A stretch of 64,000 nucleotides of DNA from a bacterium. Its GTDB lineage: Bacteria > Patescibacteriota > Minisyncoccia > Phycocordibacterales > Phycocordibacteraceae. The stretch's first letter is position 1, and every line of letters begins with the position of its first letter. The stretch is taken from NCBI GenBank assembly GCA_021784815.1, contig JAJYHK010000019.1, forward strand, positions 48,726-112,725, written 5' to 3'. Under the pieces are notes generated by a model. That model did not search any database and was not told where the DNA came from. It saw only the letters and a program-made list of their open reading frames with translations. This document shows positions 62,366-64,000 of the stretch, piece by piece. The position numbers and the translations under genes were made by a program.

Positions 62366-62983
62366 ATGCGCGCACCGATGCCTAAACCGATCTCCTGGCA
62401 GGCCGCTCTGTTGCTGCCGTTTCTCGCGGGCCTGTCGGGCATGGCCCTTTCGCTTGCACTGCGTTCTGATGTACAGGCGGCGCCCACGCAGCCTGCCCGT
62501 GATGGCAGCGGAGTCTCGGTGCTGACCCCTACGGAACCCGACCGGCTCATTATTCCGGAGATCGGAATGGATGCGCACGTACAGAGCGTGGGGCTGTCGT
62601 GGACCGGCAATGGCAATCTTGGCGTCCCGACCAACTTCACTGATGTTGCGTGGTATAACCGAGGATCGTTTCCCGGCGCGCCAGGAACCGCCGTCATTGA
62701 CGGGCACCTCGATGGCCGTTACGTTCCGGAGGCCGTATTTTACCGGCTCAGCGAGCTTAAGCCGGGCGATCCGGTGTACGTGAAAGAACGCAATGGACAA
62801 GTGGTCTCTTTCGTGGTGACCGGCAGCGAACGGTTCCCCTACGATGCGCCGGACACGACCGCTGTCTTCACGACTGCCGGGAAGGGGAGCTATCTCAACC
62901 TCATCACCTGTGCGGGCGATTGGATTTCGAGCGCAAAGGAGTACGACCAGCGGGTGGTCGTTTTCACAAGACGAGCTTCTTGA
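62366..62983 (+). CDS. Class F sortase
   Basis: PDRLIIPEIG, VAWY..GSFPGAPGTAVIDGHLD, LNLITCAG, QRVVVF (His/Cys/Arg triad). Confidence 0.92.
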   Translation: MRAPMPKPISWQAALLLPFLAGLSGMALSLALRSDVQAAPTQPARDGSGVSVLTPTEPDRLIIPEIGMDAHVQSVGLSWTGNGNLGVPTNFTDVAWYNRGSFPGAPGTAVIDGHLDGRYVPEAVFYRLSELKPGDPVYVKERNGQVVSFVVTGSERFPYDAPDTTAVFTTAGKGSYLNLITCAGDWISSAKEYDQRVVVFTRRAS

Positions 62984-64000
62984 CCGATGTCGAGATTGCG
63001 TAGCGGGACGCGCTCATGGACAGGCGCGCGGCGCGCGCGTATCGGTACAGCTCAATGAGCGCCACGCCGATCGGCACCAAGAGGAGCGCGGCCGGGACGC
63101 GCAAATCGGGATGCAGTCCGGAAAGCGCTGGTACCTGGGACGAAAGATAGGGGAGGTACGCGAGCGTGGAGGCAGTGACCACGAGTACGGGCACGTATGC
63201 GCGTCGCGGCACGAAGAACGCAAATAGGGTGGAAATGAAATCGGCGAGGTAGAAGTAACGCTCATGCATGCGTGGCAGGAAGTAAGGAAGGAGGAGGACT
63301 GCAGCGAACGATAGCACGAGCAGCGCGCGCGGCGTAAGCGCTCGGAGACGCCAGACAAGGACCATGATGCCAAACGCGATTACGCCCGCCACGATGATGC
63401 CGAGCCAGAACAGCATGCTTGTAGTCTGGGCCGATAGCCGAAGCGGTTGCGCGAAGGCGAAGATGCTCTGAGCCGAAACGGAGAGGTAGGGGTATTGCCC
63501 CATTTCTTTCAGGTAGATGAGGAGCCAGTACCGCAGGTTGCCGCTCCCAAGCCAGGCGGGGAGCACCGAGAGGATAAATACCGCCGGCGGTACGAATACA
63601 TACCAGCGAGTCTGGCGCCAGCGGAGCAAGTAGCCGACCAGCATAGGTGCAAAAAAGATCGCCTGTATCTTCACGGATAGGGCGACCCCGAACGCACACG
63701 CGGCCCAAAAGGGCGCTCCAGCAAGCAGAGCCCATAGGCTAAAGAGTACGCCGGAGGTGTAAAGAGCGTCGGATTGGCCCCAGAGTGTGCTGTTCATTAT
63801 GACGGTCGGCAAGATAAAGAGTACGGTCGCTGCAAACATGCGCCCCCCTTTGCGCCTCGAGCGCCGGCACGTATCGGAGAATGCGGTATGCGACGAATGC
63901 GTTAGCCGCGTCAAAAAGCACCGAGAGGGTCTTGACGCTATAGAGGCTCGATGAACCGATATAAGTGAGTACCTTGAGGAGATAGAGATAGAGCGGTGCG
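62964..64000 (-). pseudogene. GT-C (mannosyltransferase-like) membrane glycosyltransferase; frameshifted at a G6 run; 5' end outside the window
   Basis: The upstream frame reads APLYLYLL...KTLSVLFD; the downstream frame reads NSTLWGQSD, VKIQAIF, PRMHERYFY. Deleting one G at 63843-63848 joins them. Confidence 0.75.

Overview
A high-GC bacterial chromosome segment. Gene content and style suggest Patescibacteria/CPR, probably Parcubacteria; this is an inference. TGA is used as a stop codon. Core genes: rpoC (5'-truncated), dnaG, rpoD, hisS, prmC, UvrD-nuclease and Pif1 helicases, and five tRNAs. Energy and metabolism: a six-gene Ehr/Hyf-type membrane complex, a complete cyoABCDE cytochrome bo3 operon, an FAD-linked oxidoreductase and a GT4/GH57/GH15/HAD glucan cluster. 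Surface and transport: a MacAB-type transporter and several secreted-protein modules. The most notable observation is that the Ehr-type complex has lost the NiFe cysteines and also all four [4Fe-4S] cysteines of its small subunit. Other highlights: a three-gene secreted TGxN-repeat (fibre-like) operon behind a structured leader; a secreted lipase with a possible immunity gene; a PanD variant lacking the substrate-binding Arg next to a divergent PLP enzyme; palindromic mini-elements, one in frame inside prmC; a tail-less LPNTG protein beside a class F sortase; a homopolymer frameshift in a GT-C gene; and pervasive leaderless promoter architecture. All calls come from reading motifs by eye; no searches were run.
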